Part shown: positions 1-9,454 of the stretch, piece by piece
Layout: the number at the start of each line of letters is the position of its first letter
Position numbering within the stretch: the stretch's first letter is position 1
Assembly (NCBI GenBank): GCA_048940645.1
Contig: JBHLOI010000058.1
Coordinates: 1-21,325 of the forward strand
Direction of reading: 5' to 3'
DNA length: 21,325 bases
Source of the DNA: Promethearchaeota archaeon
GTDB lineage: Archaea; Asgardarchaeota; Lokiarchaeia; Sigyniarchaeales; SOKP01
The notes under the pieces: generated by a model
What the model saw: only the letters and a program-made list of their open reading frames with translations
The model's database searches: none
Told to the model about the DNA's origin: nothing
Program-made: the position numbers and the translations under genes

Positions 1-563
1 GCAAGAGGAAATAATCCCACAAATGTTCCAAAAGAGAAATAAAACACTATTAAGAACCCTTCAAGAAACCCATAACCTAAAGAATATTGCAAACACCAAG
101 AATATACGATTAATTCAAATATACACGGAGCAAATCCTACTAAGATCCCAAAAAAATATGGAGTTTTTTTACTTTCCCAGTTCAAGCCCACTATGCTTTT
201 TGAATATTTTGAATGGGGCATATAACCACGTCGTGTAATAAAAAATAGAAGAAATATACCTGCAAACATAGAAGTAAAAGCACCAAAAAAATTGATGACA
301 TAAGGGTCTGGTACAAATCCTGGAATTACAAGTTTAGGTACCGAACTCACCAAAATAGTCCCCCCCGCAATAATCATATTAGAAGTCATCAAACCAATTC
401 CATAAAGTGCTAATATGATAATACTTCTTTTTGGATTTTTAGCAATTCCAAAAGACCAGAAAAAAAATATTGCTTTATCTTCACATGGGATAGCTGTATG
501 TAAAAAACCTAAAGTAAATGCTGGAATAAAAATGATTAAAAACTCTTGAACCAATTTTATCAA
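1..563 (-). CDS. Partial multi-pass membrane protein, CcdA/DsbD_2/UreH-RcnA-like; 3' end lies beyond the window start
   Basis: Not in the ORF track. Manual translation from TTG at 563 (alternative TTG at 554) is open to position 1: (M)IKLVQEFLIIFIPAFTLGFLHTAIPCEDKAIFFFWSFG...TPYFFGILVGFAPCIFELIVY...FYFSFGTFVGLFPL. About 6 hydrophobic segments, two Pro-Cys motifs and an FxxGT motif. Confidence 0.7.
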   Translation of the reverse strand, partial: MIKLVQEFLIIFIPAFTLGFLHTAIPCEDKAIFFFWSFGIAKNPKRSIIILALYGIGLMTSNMIIAGGTILVSSVPKLVIPGFVPDPYVINFFGAFTSMFAGIFLLFFITRRGYMPHSKYSKSIVGLNWESKKTPYFFGILVGFAPCIFELIVYSWCLQYSLGYGFLEGFLIVFYFSFGTFVGLFPL

Positions 564-656
564 CTCATTTATCGGTCTTCTGGATTTTCAATTTGAAATA
601 TAATTCAATTAAAGTTGGGAATTAAAATTATTTAAATTTAGCTATTTGATTTTAAA

Positions 657-1946
657 TCACTCATCAGATTTTTTTCTTTTTTTAGTTATGCAATATTTAA
701 TTATACCGTAAAAATTTAAAATGAGAAATATCGTTACTCCAAAATTATATGGGAAAAAATTGTAAGTAAGTACAAATATTAATAAAAATGCAAGATGTAG
801 AAAGTTATAGACATAAAAACTTGGTTTGATAAACTTTTTCAAAATTTTTGAGTCTTCTGGTAAAATAGAAAGGAATATAATTAAGAATGGAACTAATGTT
901 AAAAGATGATGCTCCCAAACTTCAAAATAACTAATAAAAGTAATTAAAATTCCAAATATAAAACCAATAAGTATTGAATTCTTGTTATTTCTTCTGAAAA
1001 CATAAAAAAGAAATCCTATTAATCCAAATATAATTAAAATAGTAAAGAAAATGAGTGTTTGACTAAAATCTATGTTAAAATAGACAAAAAAATTCATTAT
1101 TAGTTTAGTTAAGCTAAAAGAAAAACTTATATCTGTGGGGTTAGATCCTGTAAAATTAACTTCCATGAAGCCATTCCATAAATTAGGATAAATAACAAAT
1201 ATGATAACGTTAAAAAATATTGGTATTATAGCGCTAAATAATCTTACTAAACTTCTTTTTACTAAAAAATTGATTTTTCTTTTCTCTAGATTAATATTTA
1301 CCAATATTAAAAATGGTATTAATAAAACTGTAATGGGCTTTAGTATTACACTTATTCCTAAAATAAAGCTTCCAATAAAATCCCATTTTATGCTATCATA
1401 TTTAAGGAATATATAAAGGGCTAATAAGGTTAAAAAGACAACATATAAATTTATTTGACCTAAGAAATAGTTCACTAATTGAGGTACTCCTATTAAGTAT
1501 ACAGAAATATAATACATTTTGTTAACTTTATCTTTTTCCGTTTGGTTGGGCTTTAACATGCTGATAATCCTAAATAAGGTTACACATATTAACAGATTTA
1601 CAATAAAGTTAAAAATTGTAAATAAAACAAATCCCACATCAAATCCTAAGATGTAAAATGGGATAAATACTAAAGGAGATAATGGAAAGTATCGATATTC
1701 CCATGCTGAACCATATTCAACAGGATTATATAAATCTTGGAAATTTTTAAGAAATACTTCAGCAGATCTATAAAAAACAAGAAAGTCATTAGTCTCACGA
1801 AGAAATGTAAGTGTTAGAATGATGGATGTGATAATAAAACCTATTTGAATATAGAAGGCAGCTTTAAATGATTTATATCCCCAAAATACCTTCAAGATTC
1901 TTTTAAAATAAGCTATATACGATTTCAACTTCATTAAGCAAGGCAT
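657..1946 (-). CDS. GT-C fold membrane glycosyltransferase, GT87/DUF2029 family
   Basis: About 10-11 TM segments; motifs NDFLVFY, YRYFPL, GQIN, ILKP and VWEHH typical of GT87. The exact start Met is uncertain. Confidence 0.8.
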   Translation of the reverse strand: MPCLMKLKSYIAYFKRILKVFWGYKSFKAAFYIQIGFIITSIILTLTFLRETNDFLVFYRSAEVFLKNFQDLYNPVEYGSAWEYRYFPLSPLVFIPFYILGFDVGFVLFTIFNFIVNLLICVTLFRIISMLKPNQTEKDKVNKMYYISVYLIGVPQLVNYFLGQINLYVVFLTLLALYIFLKYDSIKWDFIGSFILGISVILKPITVLLIPFLILVNINLEKRKINFLVKRSLVRLFSAIIPIFFNVIIFVIYPNLWNGFMEVNFTGSNPTDISFSFSLTKLIMNFFVYFNIDFSQTLIFFTILIIFGLIGFLFYVFRRNNKNSILIGFIFGILITFISYFEVWEHHLLTLVPFLIIFLSILPEDSKILKKFIKPSFYVYNFLHLAFLLIFVLTYNFFPYNFGVTIFLILNFYGIIKYCITKKRKKSDE

Positions 1947-1995
1947 TTTTTAAATAATCACGAATATTTGAATAAAAGAACAATTAAATATATTT

Positions 1996-3087
1996 TTATT
2001 TGTTTCTCTTAGTATTCCAAATTTTTTTAATAATTATTGCTCTTTTATATAATTCTTCAATTTCATTTCCTATTTTATTGAAATCATGCAGTTCTGCTGC
2101 TTTATTGTAAGCATTTGTTATAATTTTTGCTTTAAATTCAGTATTAGAGAGAATTTTTTTAATACTATCAATAAACTCGTCGATAGTTTTAGCTTTACAG
2201 CATGAATAATTATGTTCAACCCAATCATATACTGGAATATCTCTAACTACGATGGGGAGTTTGCATATAGCTGCTTCAATTAAAGGGATTCCTTGATTTT
2301 CATTTAAAGATGTGCTTAAAAATAAATCTGCTCCATAATATGCCTCCCTTACATCATCATAAAAACCAGTAAAAATTACATTTTTTAATTTTAATGCTTC
2401 ATCAATATCTGGATTTTTATTTATTGGTCCAACCCAAATAAAATAATAATTAGGAAGAGCTTTAGCTATACTACTAAATGTATTTACTCCTTTCCTTTTC
2501 CAACTTAACCCTACATTAATTATTAAAGTGGCATCTAATGGAATTTTATATTTTCGATTTAAATTTTTCCTAAAATTCATTCGATAACCTTCTTTTTTAG
2601 TAAAAAAATCCAACCGAATTCCATTACTCACAACATAAATAGGATAAGTCATGCTTGTTTGAATATTAGTTAAACATTTCTTAGAATATTTACTGGGAGT
2701 AATTAAAAGGTGTGCTGTCCCATACAAAATTTTCAACCAGTATTTAAATATTTGATTAAATATTGGTTTGTCTGGTAAAAAGTTACTAACTAAATCCTCA
2801 ACTGTTGTATGGGCATGAATCACAACTGCAGCTTCTTTTCGATACTTTTTTTTTAATTTACTCACTTGTAAATACGTAATTGGATCAAATGTAGAAGCAG
2901 CAATGATATTCACTTTGCCTTGTTTTGCCCAATCCGGTTCTTTTTGTTTATTAAAAATCCATACATTATGCCCTCTCTTTAATAATTCCCCTATTACATC
3001 ATTAGTATTTGTCTCTATACCCCCAACTGTCTTGATGTTAGTAAATTTCTTATAGATTTGAATATTTTCAACGAAAATAATGTTCAT
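1996..3087 (-). CDS. GT4 family (GT-B) glycosyltransferase
   Basis: GGIE N-terminal motif, HAHT, SNGI, RKG, and ENQGIPLIEA (EX7E). Confidence 0.9.
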   Translation of the reverse strand: MNIIFVENIQIYKKFTNIKTVGGIETNTNDVIGELLKRGHNVWIFNKQKEPDWAKQGKVNIIAASTFDPITYLQVSKLKKKYRKEAAVVIHAHTTVEDLVSNFLPDKPIFNQIFKYWLKILYGTAHLLITPSKYSKKCLTNIQTSMTYPIYVVSNGIRLDFFTKKEGYRMNFRKNLNRKYKIPLDATLIINVGLSWKRKGVNTFSSIAKALPNYYFIWVGPINKNPDIDEALKLKNVIFTGFYDDVREAYYGADLFLSTSLNENQGIPLIEAAICKLPIVVRDIPVYDWVEHNYSCCKAKTIDEFIDSIKKILSNTEFKAKIITNAYNKAAELHDFNKIGNEIEELYKRAIIIKKIWNTKRNK

Positions 3088-3156
3088 AACTTTTAAAATT
3101 TTTTTTAAGAAAAAAATTTAACTAAATTTAATTAAAGTAAGTATTTACAAGAATAA

Positions 3157-3172
3157 GGAGGTTATAAACTCC
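3157..3172. promoter_or_regulatory. Near-perfect 16-bp palindrome between divergent genes (possible operator)
   Basis: GGAGGTTATAAACTCC: 7 of 8 symmetric pairs match, with GC-rich arms in an AT-rich spacer. Confidence 0.3.
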
Positions 3173-3296
3173 CTGAGAATCAAAACAATATAGATTTTCT
3201 TCTATTTGAGATTTTGACAGAAAAGAAAGAAAATACACGATTCTATTATTACATTTCTTCACAATCTTTTTATTTTAATCAATATAATATTTAGAT

Positions 3297-3953
3297 GTGA
3301 GCAATAAAAAAGTATTTAACAATTATTACTTTAAAGGGGAGAATTCACATTTCTCAGAAATCTGGAATTATGATTTACTTACAAAGCTTAACCCATGGCG
3401 TTTAAGGAAATATCGTAAATTTACAAAATTTTACTCATCTTTTCATGAAACACTTCTAGATATTGGTTGTGCTTATGGACATTTTCTAAAACTCTTAAAA
3501 AAAAATTATAAAGTGTATGGAATGGATATTTCTGAGCATGCTGTAAAAATTGCAACTAATAGATTAAATTGTGAAATTAAACAAGGGGATGTTGAAAAAG
3601 ACATTCCTTTTAAGAGGAAATTTGATATTATTACTGCTTTGTCTGTAATAGAACATCTTGAAAATCCTGAAAAAGCAATTAAAAACATACGTAATCACCT
3701 GAATGATAATGGCCTATTCTGTTTTGAGGTTCCAACAATAAGTAATAAGAGGAGTAAATTTATTTATAATCGATTTTACTCTAAAGATGAAACTCATGTA
3801 TTTATTAAATCTGCGGATGAAATTAAAGATTTTATAAGTTCTTGTGGTTTTAATAAATTAGCAATTTTTTGTGCATTTTTCCCTATCTTTACTAAACAGA
3901 AGAATTGGGTTGATAATTTTAGTGTTATCTTTGGTGTGTTTCAAAAGGTTTAA
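3297..3953 (+). CDS. Class I SAM-dependent methyltransferase
   Basis: LLDIGCAYG (motif I), GMDIS, FDIITALSVIEHL, LNDNG; GTG start. Confidence 0.9.
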   Translation: MSNKKVFNNYYFKGENSHFSEIWNYDLLTKLNPWRLRKYRKFTKFYSSFHETLLDIGCAYGHFLKLLKKNYKVYGMDISEHAVKIATNRLNCEIKQGDVEKDIPFKRKFDIITALSVIEHLENPEKAIKNIRNHLNDNGLFCFEVPTISNKRSKFIYNRFYSKDETHVFIKSADEIKDFISSCGFNKLAIFCAFFPIFTKQKNWVDNFSVIFGVFQKV

Positions 3954-4088
3954 ACCCTTCAAAAATAAATAAATAGAAAATTTAAATTTCCTCGAATAAA
4001 ATCACTCTTTTTTGATTTTTAGAAAAAAAATAAATATGCAACCAAGAATTAAATTTAATAATTCTAATTAATAGAATTTTGGATTTTT

Positions 4089-5525
4089 ATGGTATTTTTG
4101 AATAAATCAAATAGAAGATCAAAAACTACATTTGGAATTATTTTGGGAAACAGAGATGTATTTCCTGATCATTTAGTAGAAGAAGGTAGAAAAGATATTA
4201 TAGATTTAATGAATGAATTAGGATATGAAATTGTTATTTTAGATGAGGAAGATACTCCTCTCGGAGCAGTTGAGACATACTCAGATGCTAAGAAATGTGC
4301 AGAACTTTTTAAAAAGAATTCTGATAAAATTTTGGGTATCATTGTATGTCTTTCTAATTTCGGTGACGAGAAAGGAATTGCCAATACAATAAAAATAGCA
4401 AATCTCGAAATACCTATCTTGATTCAAGCATCCTCAGATGAGGTCGAAAAAATGAATAGAAAAAATAGAAGAGATGCTTTCTGTGGAAAAATTTCTATAT
4501 GTAATGTCTTATATCAAAATGGTATTCCCTTCACCCTTACTAGCGTACATACATGTCCTATCAAATCTGATATATTTAAAAGAGATATCAGAAGATTTGA
4601 AAAGATTTGTAGGATTATAAAAGGCCTTAAAAGTGCCAGATTTGGTCAGATTGGAACTAGGCCCAATGCTTTTGAAACTGTAAGATACAGTGAAAAAATT
4701 TTAGATTTTTATGGAATTACAATTGAACCGATTGATTTGTCCGAGATATTTGGTGAAATTAATAGATTAAATGATCAAGATCCTAAAGTTAAAGAAAAGA
4801 TACAGTTGATAAAAGAATATACTTCAACTAGTTCTTTTCCAGAAGAAGGATTACTAAGATTAGCTAAACTGGCAGTCATAGTTGAGAAATGGGTGATCGA
4901 AAATGAACTAGATGGTTTTGCATTTCAATGCTGGCCGAGTATCCAAGATAATTTTGGAATAGTTCCATGTGCGGTAATGAGTATGTTCAGTGAGGGCCTT
5001 ATACCTGCTGCGTGTGAAGTAGATATTGCAGGTTTGATAGGAATGTATATATTACAATTGGCATCAGAAAATCCATCTGCTATATTAGATTGGAATAATA
5101 ATTATGGAGAAGATCCAAATAAAATGGTTCTATTCCATTGCAGTAATCTCCCCAAATCATTTTTTAAAGATACTAGAATGACAATCCATCCAATTATTTC
5201 AGACCTTAAAGGAGAAGAAAAAACATTTGGAGCGATTCAGGGAAGAATAAAAACTCAGTCTTGTACTCTATTAAGAATTGAAACAGACGATATTTTTGGC
5301 GAAATTAAAGCGTTTTTAGCAGAAGGAAATTATACAGATGATCCTTTGAATACATTTGGAGGATATGGAGTTATTACAATTCCTAATCTTCAAGAAGCTT
5401 TGAAAAAACTATGTATAGAAGGATTTGCACATCATATCGCTGCCACATTGAATCAAGTTGCTGAGATTGTATATGAAGCATTAGTTAATTACTTAGGTTG
5501 GAATGTGATATATCATGAAAAATAA
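4089..5525 (+). CDS. L-fucose/L-arabinose isomerase-like protein (FucI-related family)
   Basis: GNRDVFP, NFGDE, RRDAFCGK, QCW, ACEVD, FHCSN and the C-terminal GFAHH metal-site motif. Confidence 0.85.
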   Translation: MVFLNKSNRRSKTTFGIILGNRDVFPDHLVEEGRKDIIDLMNELGYEIVILDEEDTPLGAVETYSDAKKCAELFKKNSDKILGIIVCLSNFGDEKGIANTIKIANLEIPILIQASSDEVEKMNRKNRRDAFCGKISICNVLYQNGIPFTLTSVHTCPIKSDIFKRDIRRFEKICRIIKGLKSARFGQIGTRPNAFETVRYSEKILDFYGITIEPIDLSEIFGEINRLNDQDPKVKEKIQLIKEYTSTSSFPEEGLLRLAKLAVIVEKWVIENELDGFAFQCWPSIQDNFGIVPCAVMSMFSEGLIPAACEVDIAGLIGMYILQLASENPSAILDWNNNYGEDPNKMVLFHCSNLPKSFFKDTRMTIHPIISDLKGEEKTFGAIQGRIKTQSCTLLRIETDDIFGEIKAFLAEGNYTDDPLNTFGGYGVITIPNLQEALKKLCIEGFAHHIAATLNQVAEIVYEALVNYLGWNVIYHEK

Positions 5526-5530
5526 TAATT

Positions 5531-6634
5531 TTATTTTTTTCTTCTTATAGTAATATTTTTATTAAAAAATCCAGAATTAATAATTTCTTTATGTTCATTA
5601 TTTAGATTTGTATAGATACTAATTGGATGGAGACTTTTTTGACTATGAGTTAGATCCCTTCTATAAGAAAATATTCTCTTACGTGTTAAGTAAATCGAAT
5701 ATTTGGAGATGTCACATCCAATCCATTTTCTCCCAAGTGTATCTGCCACCAATAAAGTTGTGCCAGAACCACAAAAAAAATCTGCAATAACATCCCCTTT
5801 ATTGCTTCCTAATTGGATAATTCGGTTAAGCAATTCATGATGTTTTTGCGTTGGAAAACCTGTCCATTCTTTAGATGCGGGTTGTAAACATGGAATCTTC
5901 CAAACATCATCTAATTTTTTATCATTTACAATTCTATAAACAACATGTCCGTTTTTATCTTTTATATTTTTCAATACACCATTAACCATTATTCTTTTCA
6001 GTTGTTTACGAGGTTTTTTCCGAGGAATTCTGATTTCATTCAGTTTGTAACGATTTGTTTTTGAATATACCAAAATATTATCATGAGCACGAGGTAAATT
6101 CTTTTTGCCTGCGGAATATTTATTATAATAATACCAAATAATATCATTTACAAATCTATTGTCACCAAAAATTTCATCTAAAATTAATTTTATATAATGG
6201 CTCGCATGCCAATCTAGATGAATAAATAACAATCCCGATTTTGCCAATAATTTTTTAAAAATAATTAGTCTCTCATAAATCATTTGCAAATAAGAATCTA
6301 AATCTTTATCCCAATGGTCAATATAGGCTATTGAATTATATAAATTACCATCTTCTTCTATTTCAATTGGATAATTCGCGCCAGAAAAAAATGGTGGATC
6401 TATATAAATCAAATTTATTTTATTCTCAAAATTGTTTAACAAATAATAAAGAACTTCTAAATTTTCTCCCCAAAATAATAAATTTTCCCAATTTACTTGG
6501 TTTTTCAACTTTTGTATATCATTATTCGAATTAGGATAACTTTCAAACTTGGTAAATCTCTGCTGATAAATTTTTTCTTGTTCTTTTATAAGGTGTGAAA
6601 TGTCTTTCTTTTTATCCCAGATTAACTTAACCAT
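5531..6634 (-). CDS. Site-specific DNA methyltransferase (N6-A/N4-C, beta class, Mod-like); no cognate restriction gene in the window
   Basis: LIYIDPPF (motif IV) precedes FPTQK and ADFFCGSGTT (motif I), followed by GRKWIGCDIS. Confidence 0.9.
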   Translation of the reverse strand: MVKLIWDKKKDISHLIKEQEKIYQQRFTKFESYPNSNNDIQKLKNQVNWENLLFWGENLEVLYYLLNNFENKINLIYIDPPFFSGANYPIEIEEDGNLYNSIAYIDHWDKDLDSYLQMIYERLIIFKKLLAKSGLLFIHLDWHASHYIKLILDEIFGDNRFVNDIIWYYYNKYSAGKKNLPRAHDNILVYSKTNRYKLNEIRIPRKKPRKQLKRIMVNGVLKNIKDKNGHVVYRIVNDKKLDDVWKIPCLQPASKEWTGFPTQKHHELLNRIIQLGSNKGDVIADFFCGSGTTLLVADTLGRKWIGCDISKYSIYLTRKRIFSYRRDLTHSQKSLHPISIYTNLNNEHKEIINSGFFNKNITIRRKK

Positions 6635-6644
6635 TTAATTTCAA

Positions 6645-6657
6645 TTTTTTTTTTTTT
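6645..6657. repeat. 13-nt homopolymer (A13 on the minus strand) 10 nt upstream of the MTase start
   Basis: Run of 13 T at 6645-6657; on the minus strand it directly follows an ATG at 6660-6658. Confidence 0.85.
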
Positions 6658-6784
6658 CATAAGTAAAATTAAAGAAACTCTAGTTTGTAGATACATAGGA
6701 TTAATTACTTACTAAAATTTTTATTCAAATTAATTTTAAAAAGGAAATCATAGTAAAGATAAGATTTAAAATAAAAATTATTAC

Positions 6785-7516
6785 TTATTGGTTTAAATGC
6801 TTTTCTAATATATCATCAAGCTCTTTATCCGAAAGAAAACCTTTATGTACCATTACATCTTTAATCTCCTCAAGCACTTGAGGGGCACCTTTCGCTTCTT
6901 GAATATAATCTTCAAGAGACTTTATCTTAAGATTTAATGCCTCAACTTCTCTATGTTTTCCATCAGTTTCATTTTTACTTTTTGCTATTTCATCCTCTTT
7001 TTCTTGTATTATCTTATTTAAATCATTTTTAAGGCTTTCAATTTCTATGTACTTATCTGAAATCGTTTGTTGTAAATCTTTCTTCACACTTTCAAGCTCT
7101 CGTTCTTTTTGTTCTAAATCCTCATGCAAAGCTGTCATCTTTGGTTCAAATTCTTTAAGTTTTTCTAACTCTGAAACTTTTGAGTTAGCATCAGATAACT
7201 TTTTTTCTAGTTCTGATTCATTAGATTTAAGATACTCAATATCTTTATTCGCCTTTTCTTTTTCTTCTTTAATAGCTCCTAATTCTTTTTTAGATGCAGA
7301 TAATTCTTCATTTTTATCACTTAAACTTTTTTCTATTTCAGCTAATTTTTCTTTAGTTTCATTTAATTCTTTTGTTGTTTTTTCAAGCTTATCTGCTCTT
7401 ATTTTTAATTTCTGCTCTAAATCATTTATTTTCGTTCTGAGGTCCAATAGAAAACGACCTTCAACTTTTTGAGATTTTTGAGGATTCTCGTTAGCTTTAG
7501 ACCAGTCGATCGCCAA
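6785..7516 (-). CDS. Long coiled-coil protein, paralog A (conserved head, SHOCT-like tail)
   Basis: Heptad-rich rod. Start revised from 7528 to TTG at 7516 (MAIDW...) because it aligns with paralog B (MGIDW...) and has AGGTG at 7530-7526 as a Shine-Dalgarno. Confidence 0.8.
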   Translation of the reverse strand: MAIDWSKANENPQKSQKVEGRFLLDLRTKINDLEQKLKIRADKLEKTTKELNETKEKLAEIEKSLSDKNEELSASKKELGAIKEEKEKANKDIEYLKSNESELEKKLSDANSKVSELEKLKEFEPKMTALHEDLEQKERELESVKKDLQQTISDKYIEIESLKNDLNKIIQEKEDEIAKSKNETDGKHREVEALNLKIKSLEDYIQEAKGAPQVLEEIKDVMVHKGFLSDKELDDILEKHLNQ

Positions 7517-7731
7517 CCTTATTAACACCTACAATTTTTTGATTTGTTTTACTATAATTTTTCTTTAATGTATATTATTAAGTTTATGATATTATATATA
7601 TATTTTTTCAAGCTGTATATTTAATCTATTATAATTTAATTTTAAAATTAGCAATAATAAAAGGTTATCAAGATTTTATTTAAAAATCCATTGAAGGCTA
7701 ATTTTAGCTTATCAATGATATTCGCTGTTTT

Positions 7732-8394
7732 TTATTCAAATTGCGCAGTTATTTTTTCAAATTCTTTATCTGAAAGAAAACCCTTGTGCATCATCACTTC
7801 TCGAATTTTTGCTAATATTTCTGGAGAAAATTCTACTTCAGCTAATTGCCTTTCAAGACTTTTAATCTTCTCAATAAACTTTTCATTCTCATTTTGATTT
7901 ATAGCTATTTGATCCTTTAATCTATCGATTTCTCTGTTTCTTTTCATTAATTCTTCCTTCTGATTATCAATCATTTTATCTTTAAATTTTATAGTTTGTT
8001 CCATTTCGTTTGCTTTTTCATTAGAAAATTTAAACTCTTGCTGTAATTGTAAAATTCTTGCATTTGCTTCTGATAATTGTTTTTTCAATTCTGAGATGTG
8101 AGGTTTCAATTTTGTTAGCTCAATATCCACATTTAGTTTCTGTTCGGCAACATTATCCAAATTCTTTTTAGCAGAGGAGAATTTTTCTGTTATTTTCACT
8201 AGACTTTTCTCTCTTCCTGTCAACTTTTTTTGGGTTTCTCTAAATTCTTCCTTGGATTTTCTTAATTGTTCTTTACTTAGAGCCAAATCGTGTTCTAATT
8301 GATTTACTTTAGCCCTAAGGTCTAATAAAATTCTCCCTTCAACCTTTTGAGCCTTTTGGGGCGCAATCTCACACTTCTCCCAATCGATTCCCAA
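7732..8394 (-). CDS. Long coiled-coil protein, paralog B
   Basis: TTG start with a GGGTGA Shine-Dalgarno at 8406-8401. Shares the IDWxK...PQKxQKVEGRxLLDLRxK head and VMxHKGFLSDKE tail with paralog A. Confidence 0.85.
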   Translation of the reverse strand: MGIDWEKCEIAPQKAQKVEGRILLDLRAKVNQLEHDLALSKEQLRKSKEEFRETQKKLTGREKSLVKITEKFSSAKKNLDNVAEQKLNVDIELTKLKPHISELKKQLSEANARILQLQQEFKFSNEKANEMEQTIKFKDKMIDNQKEELMKRNREIDRLKDQIAINQNENEKFIEKIKSLERQLAEVEFSPEILAKIREVMMHKGFLSDKEFEKITAQFE

Positions 8395-8624
8395 TTATAA
8401 TCACCCGTTTAATACATATACCCTTCAAATTTTATTTTTTATTAAAAACCTTAAACATTTGTAATTACGCACTCATTCTTATTAAAGATAAGAAATAAAT
8501 GGTACTTTCTTAGATAGATATCTCAAAAAAATAATTATTTATAAAAGTAATGTATTTTACTACGTTTTTTATTGATTAATTTAAATAGAATGTAAAAAAT
8601 TACAATTTATACTACTCGATACTT

Positions 8625-9434
8625 ATGGTTAAAATTTCAGTAGGTACAGCAGGCTGGGACTATAAAGACTGGAAGGGAACATTTTATCCTCAACGATTAG
8701 ATAAAAGGCAGAATTTGGAATTTTATTCTAATTTCTTTGATGTTATTGAAATAAATTCAAGTTTTTATAATCTTCCTTCAAATGAAATGGTTAATAACTG
8801 GGCAAATAGAGTACCGCCAAATTTTCGATTTATAATTAAAGTTTGGCAAGAAATTACTCATAATTTAGGAGATTTTGAGATATATACACGTGTTGCCAAA
8901 TTTTTTCAACGTTTTGAACCGTTAAAGGGTAAAATTTTGGGTTTTCTCTTTCAATTTCCTCCAAGATTCAAATATTCTGAAAATCATATTGAAAAAATAA
9001 TGGGTTTAGTTAATGAACTTCCAAAAAATACAGATAGTCTTTACATTTTCGAGTTTCGTGATGTCAGTTGGTTTATTACTGAAAATTTAACTCGCTTCAT
9101 TGATGGAAATAAATTTATCTTGGGAACAACTTACAAACCAAGCATCATACCTTATTATTTACCAAACCAAAAATATTACTATGTGCGACTAATAGGAGAC
9201 CGTGAATTAAGCGTATTTAACCGAATTCAAAGAGAACAAAGAGAACCTTTAATAGATTTATTTCAAAACGTTCTTATCTTAAAAGAAAATCCTGATATAT
9301 ATGAAATATTCATTATTGTTAACAATCATTTTCAAGGCTTCGCTCCTGAATCAGCAAATTTCATAAAGAAGCGATTAAATTTACCATTCAAGCCTTTAAA
9401 TCAACAAAAAAGTTTAGTAGAATATTTTAAATAA
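8625..9434 (+). CDS. DUF72 (YecE-like) TIM-barrel protein
   Basis: VGTAGWDYKDWKGTFYP, IEINSSFY, LFQFPP, FEFR, YVRLIG, NNH. Confidence 0.9.
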   Translation: MVKISVGTAGWDYKDWKGTFYPQRLDKRQNLEFYSNFFDVIEINSSFYNLPSNEMVNNWANRVPPNFRFIIKVWQEITHNLGDFEIYTRVAKFFQRFEPLKGKILGFLFQFPPRFKYSENHIEKIMGLVNELPKNTDSLYIFEFRDVSWFITENLTRFIDGNKFILGTTYKPSIIPYYLPNQKYYYVRLIGDRELSVFNRIQREQREPLIDLFQNVLILKENPDIYEIFIIVNNHFQGFAPESANFIKKRLNLPFKPLNQQKSLVEYFK

Positions 9435-9454
9435 AAAAAAGGAAAAAATTTTCA

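Noticed and set aside
23-238. 71-aa plus-strand ORF
   Set aside because: Antisense shadow of the real minus-strand membrane protein at 1-563.
1201-6534. Short ORFs 1201-1416, 3506-3688, 4169-4384 and 6331-6534
   Set aside because: All lie antisense inside well-supported genes and carry no motifs.
7569-7621. TGTATATT copies upstream of coiled-coil paralog A resembling the 18520 box
   Set aside because: Single half-sites without the 11-bp tandem arrangement; plausible by chance in such AT-rich DNA.
7047-7897. Ser/Phe-rich ORFs 7047-7472 and 7691-7897
   Set aside because: Expected antisense reading of Glu/Lys-rich coiled-coil codons.
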